From the NCBI GenBank assembly GCA_048882325.1, contig JBHLRS010000019.1, forward strand, positions 1 through 60,074: a stretch of DNA of 60,074 nucleotides, in the 5' to 3' direction. Below, piece by piece: positions 49,097 through 58,563 of this stretch. The notes under the pieces are model-generated. The model was not told the origin of the DNA. It did not search any database and saw only the letters and a program-made list of their open reading frames with translations. The translations under genes and the position numbers were made by a program. This DNA comes from Candidatus Thorarchaeota archaeon. Its GTDB lineage: Archaea > Asgardarchaeota > Thorarchaeia > Thorarchaeales > Thorarchaeaceae. Position 1 is the stretch's first letter. Every line of letters begins with the position of its first letter.

Positions 49097-50110
49097 TTAG
49101 ACTCTGATATCTCCATCTTTCATTACAACTCGCGTACGTCCATCTGAGTATGTTACTGTCACAGTGGGTTTGTCAACAAGGAAGTCTTGATGGGTTGCTG
49201 AGTTATTTGCTGTAACTCCAGGATAGTCCATGTTATTTCCAAACGCAACATGTATAGCTCTGCCAATCTTTTCACTCTCAAGGAACTCCTGCACGATCCT
49301 CGCCTTAGGATTGAGCCCAAAGGCGAACTCACCAATGTGCTTAGCCATCTCATCCGTGTCTTGAGTTTCTTCCACAATTCGGAGGACTTTCTTGTCCTCA
49401 CTTTCAACACGAACGACTCTTCCATCCTTGGTTTCAAGTGTGATTGGTTTTTTAATAGGTCCGACCCCTCCCACTGCTAAATCACAAACGAGTGTTCCCT
49501 GCATTGAGGTTTCCACTGGTCCGATTATCACCTCTCCAGTGGGAAGGTTCATCCACTTCATATCTTTCCAATTGAGGTAGGTGTCGCTAAACCATGTACG
49601 TCCTTTCACACTGAAACTGAAGTCGGAGCCAGAGGGAGCTGTAACGTGAACCGAGTCAACATCCTGAAGAATCGTCAATAATGACTTTGCACTATTCTGC
49701 ATCTCTGCATTCTCTTCTTTTGTGAGTGACAGGGCTCCTTCTGTTAACATGTCCATCGTAATTCCGGGACAATGACCAAGCCGTGCTTTGCCTTTCCGAG
49801 TTTCTAACTTGATGACTTTGATTCGGAAAGGAGTTTCTTCTGCTAGACCTCGAAGGATGTTGATATAGATGTCAGGAGGAGTTGGATTATTGATCATCTC
49901 GACTAGGTGCATCGGGGGGTCCTCCCGGAATTCATCTTTCTTGGTCTTTAGGATTACCAACCTTGTCCATAGGCCAAGACTCAATGCACCTTCTGCAAAT
50001 GCATGAGCAACATCCTTTCGTACATCGTCTGCTACGATGAGTACTGATTCGCCTGGCCTAGCTTCTAGAACTGTTTCGAGCGCATTAGCTGCGGCTGTCT
50101 TTGGTTCCAT
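49097..50110 (-). CDS. Aminopeptidase, thermophilic metalloprotease M29/AmpT-like
   Basis: GESVLIVAD, NLPTGEV, IGEFAFGLNP, ESEK..IHVAFGNN, HQD; start moved to ATG 50110. Confidence 0.87.
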   Translation of the reverse strand: MEPKTAAANALETVLEARPGESVLIVADDVRKDVAHAFAEGALSLGLWTRLVILKTKKDEFREDPPMHLVEMINNPTPPDIYINILRGLAEETPFRIKVIKLETRKGKARLGHCPGITMDMLTEGALSLTKEENAEMQNSAKSLLTILQDVDSVHVTAPSGSDFSFSVKGRTWFSDTYLNWKDMKWMNLPTGEVIIGPVETSMQGTLVCDLAVGGVGPIKKPITLETKDGRVVRVESEDKKVLRIVEETQDTDEMAKHIGEFAFGLNPKARIVQEFLESEKIGRAIHVAFGNNMDYPGVTANNSATHQDFLVDKPTVTVTYSDGRTRVVMKDGDIRV

Positions 50111-50184
50111 CAGAATCGCCAAGGTGCCAGAATACAATTTACTTTAGACTCTTCTGGAGTGTGTAACTTTGAAAGAAAAAGAAG

Positions 50185-50207
50185 GTGTGATGGAAAAACC
50201 ATCACAC
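50185..50207 (-). terminator. Hairpin with T-tract
   Basis: GTGTGATGG-N5-CCATCACAC, followed on the minus strand by a pyrimidine/T tract. Confidence 0.6.
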
Positions 50208-50220
50208 AATTTTCCATAGT

Positions 50221-51606
50221 TTAGTCTCTAGGTGCATTTTGAGCTCTTGAGTAGGCCCCTTCCAATTCCTGTCCCATGGAACTTGGAATTGCAGTCCTGG
50301 CATAGTCACCTTCTTTCCTTCTAATGAAGACATAGAGTAGGGTGACATAGACTATGTCAAAGGTCCGCAGAACAAGAGTACTTGGAATCGAGGCGAACAC
50401 GACGAAGACGACCGCAACCACGAGAGTCAACATGAGGTCACCTGTGTAGAACCACCCAATCAGAGCGCCTCCAAGTGCAAATCCAATGAAGAACATGAAG
50501 CCTAAGACACCAAAGCCCCACCTAACGGCTGTCTCTTTTATCATTACATCAACAAAGTTCTTCCTAACAAGACCTGCACTTCTCTTGATGCCCTCTGTTG
50601 CGCTAAGTTCCTCTGCAACCATAGCTGGAATTGTGAAGTAGTTGATGAGTGCCCATACCCATCCTATGATTCCTTCAGCCGCGTAGCCTACACCTCTCCC
50701 TATCGGATTTGATGATCTCCTCGCAATTGCCGCTATGATCATCCTGACAATAGCCACAATTACACTCATTATACTCAAGACAATGAGTCCACCAACTACA
50801 CCTAGCGAAGCTTTAACGCCATCACCAAGGCTAGGGTCTCTTCCACGCATGTAGATGTATGTTATAGCTGAAGTTGTTGAATATGCAAAGTTGTAGAAGA
50901 ATATGGTGACAAACAGGTAGACTACAACTCCTATAGCAAACGGCCATCCATTCTCTAGAGTCATCTCAACGTTTCCTAGAAGAATGTTCATTCCATCGGG
51001 AATGACAACAAGCATGATTCCACCAAAAAATAGAGCAGAAACAAGAGTGAAGACCATTGTGAGGAATGGAGGTACAAAGGTTCCTTTCTCATCTAGAGTC
51101 ACTTGACCTGTCAGCTTGATTATCTCACCCGCTCGCCTTATGTTGTTCTTCCAAACTGTGAATAACAATAATGTGATGAGGAGTGTGAAGAGACCAGGAA
51201 TCAGTATTGGCCAGGTGGTTCCCAATGAAGAAAGCGGCAACATCCCAGTGACAAGGAGAATGATGGGAATCGCCCATGTTAGGATGTTCATGATGAATGC
51301 TCCGATGTAGATGAGTGTGCCTCCTAATCTCTTCGCAGCGTATGACGCTCCTAGCGCCATAATCACACTCAACAACAATAGTGCCCCTAAACCTACTCCT
51401 AATATCCAGAGATTATCAGCCAGATATGGCCAAAATCCTGCTATAACACCAGTAATAGTCCCACCCCAGTCAGCCCAAAGCTGCATCAGGGAATATATAC
51501 CTAGAGCGATAAAGGCACCAAAGACAATCAAGAGACCTGCAATTGCACCTTTATGGCTTGGATATTCTTGTTTTTCATGATACTCGTATAAATCAGATCG
51601 TGCCAA
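50221..51606 (-). CDS. Polytopic membrane protein, choline-transporter-like (CTL/SLC44) or DUF6159-related
   Basis: About 10 TM helices; WKNNIRRAGEIIKL..V, NYFTIPAMV..LSATEGIKRSAGLVRKNF, VLRTFDIVYVTLLY. Confidence 0.6.
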   Translation of the reverse strand: MARSDLYEYHEKQEYPSHKGAIAGLLIVFGAFIALGIYSLMQLWADWGGTITGVIAGFWPYLADNLWILGVGLGALLLLSVIMALGASYAAKRLGGTLIYIGAFIMNILTWAIPIILLVTGMLPLSSLGTTWPILIPGLFTLLITLLLFTVWKNNIRRAGEIIKLTGQVTLDEKGTFVPPFLTMVFTLVSALFFGGIMLVVIPDGMNILLGNVEMTLENGWPFAIGVVVYLFVTIFFYNFAYSTTSAITYIYMRGRDPSLGDGVKASLGVVGGLIVLSIMSVIVAIVRMIIAAIARRSSNPIGRGVGYAAEGIIGWVWALINYFTIPAMVAEELSATEGIKRSAGLVRKNFVDVMIKETAVRWGFGVLGFMFFIGFALGGALIGWFYTGDLMLTLVVAVVFVVFASIPSTLVLRTFDIVYVTLLYVFIRRKEGDYARTAIPSSMGQELEGAYSRAQNAPRD

Positions 51607-51728
51607 ACAACACGCCTCCTAAGCAATCGAGTTGATCTTGTATTGTTTCTAAGCTACTCCCAAGTTAAATCTTAGTACTAAAAGGCTAAAACACAAGTTA
51701 ATTATAGTGAATGTACAATCGAAAATGT

Positions 51729-52202
51729 ATGGTAGACATTCTCTATTGTTCCCCAGGACACATCTTTTGTAGCGCTAACAAGATCATGCTTGCGATTGAT
51801 GGTAGCGAAGGGTCAGCAAAAGCGGCGACTGTTGCATTCGAAGTTGCAGAAATGACAAAATCAAAACTCTACATCATACACGTCATTCCCACTCCAGTGG
51901 CCAAGCAGTTCTCGTTAATGTCTGATGCGAATCTCGAAGATGTACTACGCAAATATGAAGAGAAAGGAGAGTCACTGCTTAATGGAACAAAAAGTGCAGC
52001 TGACGATTACAAAATTGACATCGAGTTGATACTAGAAAAGGGCTTTCCATCTGAAAGAATCATCCTTAAAGCAAAAGAACTTGGTGTCGACCTTATTGTG
52101 ATTGGTTCTAAAGGTGCTGCTGGTTCACTTAGATCCGGTGTTGGAAGTTCAGCAGAGAGAGTAGTTCTTGGTTCTGACAGTCCTGTGCTTGTTGTGAAGT
52201 AG
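51729..52202 (+). CDS. Universal stress protein (UspA family)
   Basis: KIMLAIDGSEGS, DLIVIGSKG, GSSAERVV..SDSPVLVVK. Confidence 0.92.
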   Translation: MVDILYCSPGHIFCSANKIMLAIDGSEGSAKAATVAFEVAEMTKSKLYIIHVIPTPVAKQFSLMSDANLEDVLRKYEEKGESLLNGTKSAADDYKIDIELILEKGFPSERIILKAKELGVDLIVIGSKGAAGSLRSGVGSSAERVVLGSDSPVLVVK

Positions 52203-52242
52203 CATATGTAACTAGTCCCTATGCTTATTACAGCAGTGTAGC

Positions 52243-52536
52243 TCAGAAACCGAATGGAAACATCGGGATACCTTCATCATCATCTGCTTCTCGTATCATT
52301 CTGAATATGCCACGAATTGTGAGAAGTTCCATTGCAGGCTTGGCAAAGGCGATGGCGATCTGTTTTGCATCTGCTTGAGGTATACCACTCTCTCTAAGTA
52401 CTTTATAGAATGTCTTAACACCTTTCTTTACCTCATTTCTTCCTTTTCGAAGAGACCACCAGATCTTGAACAAAAGCTTAGTTCCACTACCAAGAGCAGT
52501 AACTGTGATAGAAGCGATTGATCTCGCTCTTCCCAC
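52243..52536 (-). CDS. Small hypothetical protein (FY..L...GIP...A motif)
   Basis: FYKVLRESGIPQADAKQIA; GTG start adjacent to the upstream stop. Confidence 0.65.
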   Translation of the reverse strand: MGRARSIASITVTALGSGTKLLFKIWWSLRKGRNEVKKGVKTFYKVLRESGIPQADAKQIAIAFAKPAMELLTIRGIFRMIREADDDEGIPMFPFGF

Positions 52537-52538
52537 GT

Positions 52539-52928
52539 CTATTCATACTCCTCTTCATCATCGTAGTTGTTAGAGTGCTTTCGCCTCCTCTTTCCACCAA
52601 TTTCAAATGATGCTTCATCACCCACCATACTCATCAGTTTGGTGAAGTCGAGAGCTCCAACAAACTTCTTTGTCATGTCAAGTGCTACATCCTCTGGGAT
52701 TCCTTCTGCGATGAGATTGCTATAGAACTTCCCTATACCTGCCGCCACATTCCCTGCAGCTTCAGGACTATAGACACTTCCAATTAGACCTGATATCAGC
52801 TTTGGAATTGCATCGTTGATAGCACTGAAGAGTTCAGGCAATGCTTCAGCAACTTCTCGGAGTTCATCAGCTTCGCTCTTTCTCTCTTTGCGGCTTTTCT
52901 TTGATTCTTCTGAATGGTCTTCACTCAA
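52539..52928 (-). CDS. Small hypothetical protein (FY..L...GIP...A motif)
   Basis: GKFYSNLIAEGIPEDVALDMT; likely TTG start at 52928 below a TATA element at ~52968-52977. Confidence 0.68.
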   Translation of the reverse strand: MSEDHSEESKKSRKERKSEADELREVAEALPELFSAINDAIPKLISGLIGSVYSPEAAGNVAAGIGKFYSNLIAEGIPEDVALDMTKKFVGALDFTKLMSMVGDEASFEIGGKRRRKHSNNYDDEEEYE

Positions 52929-53001
52929 TTGATTGTTCACCAAGAGTAGCATAGGCTGGTCACTTACTATATATAAAGTGGAAAAAAGTGACCAGTCAAA
53001 A

Positions 53002-53322
53002 TCAGTCATTTTCGTTGAATGACCTGGCTGTGAATTTACCACAATCCATGCAAGCTATCTCGTAATCCCAGTATACATCTCCACTTGCAGTACTCACACT
53101 CCACTGTCCATAGATAACTTTTACATTAGAACTCTCACACACACCGCACCCTTTCATGTTGATATATTCCTTCAACGGATGTTCTTCAATAGGTACACCT
53201 GAACCGTGGTACTCTCTCGAAGTGTAATCGTTGTTATCTCTCTCAATAATTGGTTCAGAGTATTCGAGTGAACCAAGTATTGGAGAATCATTTGTTCGTT
53301 CATAAAGCACCGCTTCTTTCAC
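53002..53322 (-). CDS. Zinc-ribbon protein
   Basis: CGVCES...CMDCGK; 4-nt overlap with the upstream gene. Confidence 0.65.
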   Translation of the reverse strand: MKEAVLYERTNDSPILGSLEYSEPIIERDNNDYTSREYHGSGVPIEEHPLKEYINMKGCGVCESSNVKVIYGQWSVSTASGDVYWDYEIACMDCGKFTARSFNEND

Positions 53323-53774
53323 TCCTTAACTAATGCGAAATATCTTGCCCTCTCGTCTTCATCCTCTATTACAGTTAAAATGCCGCGAGCTACAAGTGTG
53401 TTGACTCGTTCTCTGACGATTCTACGAGAGGCTGTTCCTCTCTCAGTTCTCACTGCTGCTGTTATTTGACTAATGTTTAATGGTCTTGAAACATCGAGGA
53501 TCTGAATGATTCGCCAGCTAATGTCATCTTTCTTCAGGTCTCCAAACCGAGATTCAAGTCGTTCAGCCTTCGTGAATTTTGTCATCAACTTGACCATGCC
53601 ATCATAAAACTCGAAACCCTCGCGAATGACACGAGCTGATTGAGAGACCTCATCCAGTCCTGGTCCAACTCGTTCAATCAGCTCTTCAAGCCTTGCAAGC
53701 CTTGCAGAAATCTCATCCAACCTATCTTGCACTTCCTCGAGAGTCAAGTCCGATTTCTCTTTCTCGTCAGTCAA
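53319..53774 (-). CDS. Winged-helix transcriptional regulator with N-terminal coiled coil
   Basis: DDISWRIIQIL..PLNISQIT..VR..RGTASRRIVRERV..L..RGIL. Confidence 0.78.
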   Translation of the reverse strand: MTDEKEKSDLTLEEVQDRLDEISARLARLEELIERVGPGLDEVSQSARVIREGFEFYDGMVKLMTKFTKAERLESRFGDLKKDDISWRIIQILDVSRPLNISQITAAVRTERGTASRRIVRERVNTLVARGILTVIEDEDERARYFALVKE

Positions 53775-53877
53775 GCAAGTGTCGCCATGAGAGAATCAAT
53801 AGTAGAAAGTGATAAGTCTGACGAAGTCAGCGCAATACTCGAGGACTTAAACTAAAGTCTAATTATATTCAGCAAGA

Positions 53878-55311
53878 GTGGACAAATTGTCTAGAGAAGA
53901 TAGTGATAACACCATAGAGAGGGTGCAATCATTACGTGATTTGTTCCACTTTTCTCATTTTTCCAGATTCTATCGTTTGTATGTTCCTGTATCTATTCTT
54001 GTCGGAATTATATGCGGTCTTTTCATGGTCTTGATGCAAGTCCTCATTGACTCAGCAATCTTCGTATTTTCGATATTACCAATCTTTGTCGCTCCTATGA
54101 TTGGCGGCACTTTCTCAGGTCTACTCATCTACTTTGGTAGAACGGAGATACAAGGTAGCGGAATATCAAAAGCTATCGAAATGACACACACACCAAGCTC
54201 TCTTCGAAAAGGGACTACAATAACAAAGCTACTAGCAACCTCTGTGTCAATCGGTTCTGGAAATCCTGTCGGACGGGAAGGTCCAGCTGTTTTGATTGGT
54301 GCTGGAATTGGCAATGCAGTAGGCCACAGAATTGGTTTTAATGATGATGCTCATCTTAGAGTCTTTCACATGATGGGTTCTGCTGCAGCAACAGCTGGAA
54401 TCTACAAGGCGCCACTTGGTGGTGCACTGTTTGCTACTGAAGCTCCGTACAGAATGGATGCGCGATTGGGGTATTTCGTTCCTACAGTGCTCGCTGCTTT
54501 GAGTTCCTTTGTGGTTTTTATCGGACTCTACCCACTGATTACAGGGAATGGATCCGGACCACTGTTTACGTTTAGCGCTTCCTTTACCTTCGATATTGCT
54601 GAGATCCCTCTCTTAATTCTCTTCGGTGTCGTAGCAGGTCTGATTTCAATTCTCTTCGCGATAAGTCTAATGGCGACACGAAACTTCTTCACCGTCACCC
54701 TCCCTGATTGGGCTGATCCACTGTTTGGTTCATTACTTGCCTGTGGTGTCATCTTCGTTACATCACTATTCGTTGACCCAACGCTCACAATAGCAGGTAT
54801 GGGTTATGAGGTCATTAATACACTCGCAACTCATCCAGAGCCTGTATTGATGATTGTGATTCTATTATTTGGCAAGCTCTTTGCTTCATCTTTTGTCGTC
54901 GCTGGAAAAGTGTCGGGTGGTGTACTTGCTTCATCATTATTTGTTGGAGCTATGCTTGGCACACTTTTCGGTGAAGTCTTCTTCCCTGCCAATGTCCCAG
55001 CTTTTATGGTTCTAGGAATGGGTGCTGTTCTCGCAGCCACGACTAATACTCCAGTTGCTACAACAGTAATGATGCTTGAGATGAGTCATTCCTTTGACTT
55101 GGTGATTCCACTAGTGATTTGCATCTGTGTTTCCTATCTTGTCAGCGGGGGCACCTCACTCTACGAGGGACAAAAGGTGAGTAGAGATGATGAAACACCT
55201 GGTTTCTTTGCAAACGTCATTCCAATCAGAAAGTTCGGATATCAGAAGATTGGAGGAGCAGATCCTATACCAGAAGATGAAGACGATGAAATCAACATCT
55301 TTGAAGATTGA
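53878..55311 (+). CDS. ClC-family chloride channel/transporter (no CBS domains)
   Basis: GSGIS, GREGP, APLGGALFATE, GMGY, SGGVLASSLFVG, SLY. Confidence 0.92.
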   Translation: MDKLSREDSDNTIERVQSLRDLFHFSHFSRFYRLYVPVSILVGIICGLFMVLMQVLIDSAIFVFSILPIFVAPMIGGTFSGLLIYFGRTEIQGSGISKAIEMTHTPSSLRKGTTITKLLATSVSIGSGNPVGREGPAVLIGAGIGNAVGHRIGFNDDAHLRVFHMMGSAAATAGIYKAPLGGALFATEAPYRMDARLGYFVPTVLAALSSFVVFIGLYPLITGNGSGPLFTFSASFTFDIAEIPLLILFGVVAGLISILFAISLMATRNFFTVTLPDWADPLFGSLLACGVIFVTSLFVDPTLTIAGMGYEVINTLATHPEPVLMIVILLFGKLFASSFVVAGKVSGGVLASSLFVGAMLGTLFGEVFFPANVPAFMVLGMGAVLAATTNTPVATTVMMLEMSHSFDLVIPLVICICVSYLVSGGTSLYEGQKVSRDDETPGFFANVIPIRKFGYQKIGGADPIPEDEDDEINIFED

Positions 55312-55409
55312 ACTCATATCTACGAAAGTTAATAGGCAAACTTTGGCATACTGCTCTCTAGCAGGGAGATTGGATTCGTAGTGGTCGCTCCAATCGCTAT
55401 TCTAACTCC

Positions 55410-58070
55410 TTGGAGGATGAGTCATTGCAAAGGAAAAAAATTAGCACGCTCTTTATCTTATGTCTAGTTTTATCAAGTGTTCCTGTATTTCTCAATGTGT
55501 TACACACAGATGAGGATCAATCATCAACGACCGAATCATTTTCGATTACTCTGGATTACTCCTCATTGGCTGAGCTATATGGTGAGGTCATTCCAGTGGT
55601 TGTTGAATTCAAACAAGGTCTTACCAACCAAATCAAGAACATCATTAACTCGCTGGATCTGGAGTTTAGTCTAGGTAGTGCAAAGAAGAGTCACATAAGT
55701 TCTTGCTACCTCATGAAAGGCACCAAAGATGCTTTAGAAGCGTTGACCGGAATGGGTGTTGTTTCAAGAATTGCACCACAGACTCACGCCCAGTTTCTTG
55801 AAAGCCCAAGAGACATCTCAATCCCGGAGATTAATGCTGATAGTGTCTGGGCTATGCTTGATGATCTTAGCAGAAACATCACTGGAAAAGATATCCTGAT
55901 TGCTGACTTGGATTCCGGAGTTGATTGGCGTCATCCTGATTTATGGTTTGCAGATGGTGGGTCATACCCCTATGTCAATTCAACGTCGTCTGGCTTTGTT
56001 AATGGTACGGATGCTGTTGATTTTAATAGAGACTTTGCCCTATCTCCCAATGAAACACTCTATGCTTTGGATATGGATCGAAATGGGATATTCAACGCTA
56101 GAACAGAGTGGCTTTGGGTTGACAATATAGCTCAGAACGCATTTCCGGATTATGGAGAACTATTTTTCGTAGTTAATGACACATCTGGAAATGGTCTGCT
56201 AGACGGGGGAGAGGACCTGGTATTGTTAGGCACTCCTAAGACAAAGTACATTGTGGAAAAAGATGGCAATCCTGTTCCAAGTGTCCAGACTTGGGAACGC
56301 GGCGTAAATCTCACCGCTAGTACACATTATGATACAAGTCAATTCGGTGGAGGTCACGGAACAGCTGTTGCTGGAATACTGCTCGGTGGACAGGTTGGTT
56401 TTCGAGACTATGTGGGTGTAGCTCCCGATGCTGAACTGATGATGATACGGGTTCTGGGTGATCAATTCACGTGGTTGTCTATTGAGGAGGGATTAGCGAT
56501 TGCCAATAGCACCGGAGCTGATGTTATCCTTACAGAGATCGGCTCTTGGACGTATCACTATCTGGATGGAAGCTCACTAGCTGAATCATTCATTGATGAC
56601 CTAGTGGCACAAGGCATTCCAGTCATATCACCAAGTGGGAATTTAGGGGGGAAGGATAAGCACGCTATGGTCGCAACAGCTCCTGGGGTTCCACATCTGA
56701 TCGATTTTTCCGTACCTCCAGTTGATGGCATCTATGTTCAAGAAGACATCACTGAGGTTTACATAACAGTACTTACAGTAGACCCAACTGATTTTATTAC
56801 GAGTAACTTCAGTCTGTATATCAATGGAACCACAACTTATCTCACACCTGGAATAGGTGAGGGTCTATGGTTTCTGCAATCCAACATACTTCCTGGAGTC
56901 AATGTACAGTCTTACACCTCAATTTCAACAAGGGGAACGAAAATGCTTGCAATCTGGCTGTATGGAGTGCTTCCGACCACTCCACCATCCCCCTTCTACC
57001 AACTAAACATCACTACTCCGGATTCCGCCACAATACATGCCTACATCGCTGATGATCAGAGTAGCTGGACTGGTGGATGTGTGTGGATGATTGACCAAGT
57101 TGATAGTTATCACATCACATGGCCATCAACTGCAGACAGAGCGATAAGTGTTGCAAGTTATAGGACAAGAGATTTGGTTGCTCCAGAAACAATAGGGGGA
57201 AGAGCAAGTTTCTCTTCACGAGGACCAAGGATTGATGGATTGATTAAACAAAATGTTGCAGCACCTGGCGGCTACGATATAATTTCTGATTATTCGAATG
57301 GGACCACCTACTCAACATGGTATAATGGTTACGGAATTCTACCATTTACCAAACAATTCGGTAGTTATCGCCTATTCAGTGGTACAAGTGCATCTGGTCC
57401 GCATGTTGCAGGAGCTGCCGCCTTGTTACTTCAGGCAAACTCATCCATTGGTGACCAGATTCAACCAATAATTGAATCAACAGCTAGAAGCGATGGATTC
57501 ACTGGGGCTGTTCCAAATGCAGACTGGGGCGGGGGCAAACTAGACATAGAGGCGGCTTTGAATTCTATTAGACCCCCTCCTGATGTTGATGGTCCAGTCA
57601 TTGGCAGTCATACTAGAACTCCTTGGATTCCTACTTCGGTTCAATCACCAATCCTGAACCTCACTGTCACTGACATCTCCGGAGTAAGTACTGTCATTCT
57701 CTCATTCTGGAATGGTACAGGATGGTATAACTCAACAATGACACTGGTTGGATCGTTCTACATTGGATCAATTCCTGCCCATCCAAATGGAACTGCCATC
57801 AACTATCGATTTTATGCAAATGATACCTTAGACAACTGGTCAGTGTCAACCATATTCGGATACACAGTGAATGATAATCCCCCTATAACGACAACCACTG
57901 CGACAACGACAACCACGATAACAACCACGAGTCCTACAACAACACCAACAGGACCCACAACAACACCACCTCCGAATGAACCTGACTATCTACGATTGGC
58001 AATATTTCTCAGTGCTGTCCTTGCATTGATTATTCTGTCAGTTGTGTGTAGTCGAAGGAGAAAACGATGA
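55410..58070 (+). CDS. Membrane-anchored S8 (subtilisin-like) serine protease
   Basis: Catalytic D (DLDSGVD), H (HGTAVAG), oxyanion N (SGNLG), S (GTSASGPHVAG); Thr/Pro-rich linker, C-terminal TM helix and RRRKR. Confidence 0.92.
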   Translation: MEDESLQRKKISTLFILCLVLSSVPVFLNVLHTDEDQSSTTESFSITLDYSSLAELYGEVIPVVVEFKQGLTNQIKNIINSLDLEFSLGSAKKSHISSCYLMKGTKDALEALTGMGVVSRIAPQTHAQFLESPRDISIPEINADSVWAMLDDLSRNITGKDILIADLDSGVDWRHPDLWFADGGSYPYVNSTSSGFVNGTDAVDFNRDFALSPNETLYALDMDRNGIFNARTEWLWVDNIAQNAFPDYGELFFVVNDTSGNGLLDGGEDLVLLGTPKTKYIVEKDGNPVPSVQTWERGVNLTASTHYDTSQFGGGHGTAVAGILLGGQVGFRDYVGVAPDAELMMIRVLGDQFTWLSIEEGLAIANSTGADVILTEIGSWTYHYLDGSSLAESFIDDLVAQGIPVISPSGNLGGKDKHAMVATAPGVPHLIDFSVPPVDGIYVQEDITEVYITVLTVDPTDFITSNFSLYINGTTTYLTPGIGEGLWFLQSNILPGVNVQSYTSISTRGTKMLAIWLYGVLPTTPPSPFYQLNITTPDSATIHAYIADDQSSWTGGCVWMIDQVDSYHITWPSTADRAISVASYRTRDLVAPETIGGRASFSSRGPRIDGLIKQNVAAPGGYDIISDYSNGTTYSTWYNGYGILPFTKQFGSYRLFSGTSASGPHVAGAAALLLQANSSIGDQIQPIIESTARSDGFTGAVPNADWGGGKLDIEAALNSIRPPPDVDGPVIGSHTRTPWIPTSVQSPILNLTVTDISGVSTVILSFWNGTGWYNSTMTLVGSFYIGSIPAHPNGTAINYRFYANDTLDNWSVSTIFGYTVNDNPPITTTTATTTTTITTTSPTTTPTGPTTTPPPNEPDYLRLAIFLSAVLALIILSVVCSRRRKR

Positions 58071-58085
58071 CAAATGTGATTAAAT

Positions 58086-58107
58086 GGACACCTTTGTGTG
58101 TCCTTTT
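58086..58107 (+). terminator. Hairpin followed by TTTT
   Basis: GGACAC-CTTTGT-GTGTCC-TTTT downstream of the protease stop. Confidence 0.5.
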
Positions 58108-58190
58108 CCTATCACATGAAGTGTGAGCAGGTCTTATATGAGCTAAGTATATTGCGAATCTGACCATAATTCAGACAAAAGGTATCGACC

Positions 58191-58529
58191 ATGAAGCAAC
58201 TTGGGGAATTCACACTTGACCTTGGGCGTAAGAGACTTATGCCTGTCGAAGTCCTAGTCGATAATGACAACACCTTGATTCTCATTAACTGCAACTGTTG
58301 TGAGGAGTATCTTTCCCGGCGACTTCCAGGAGGGGTTCTCATTCCAATTGCTTCATCGCTTAAGACCTTCTTCGAAAGCCGTGGGATGAGGAACATAGAT
58401 GTTAATGTCAGTGGCGTAATGATGCGGCGGACGTATAAGGGGCTCATGGACCCAGCTGATCTGCCTGAAATGACAAAGGAGTTGGAGCAGGCAGTCTACA
58501 AGTTCACAAGAAAAAGAAAGAAAAAATAG
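58191..58529 (+). CDS. Hypothetical protein (CNCC motif)
   Basis: 112-aa ORF with globular composition and its own upstream AT-rich element. Confidence 0.7.
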   Translation: MKQLGEFTLDLGRKRLMPVEVLVDNDNTLILINCNCCEEYLSRRLPGGVLIPIASSLKTFFESRGMRNIDVNVSGVMMRRTYKGLMDPADLPEMTKELEQAVYKFTRKRKKK

Positions 58530-58556
58530 TTGGGAGAGAACAACCACTCTCCCCAA
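58530..58556. terminator. Hairpin between convergent genes
   Basis: TTGGGAGAG...CTCTCCCCAA imperfect inverted repeat. Confidence 0.45.
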
Positions 58557-58563
58557 AGCAATC

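Noticed and set aside
57885-57975. ACA/ACG/ACC-rich low-complexity repeat
   Set aside because: Encodes the ordinary Thr/Pro linker of the S8 protease
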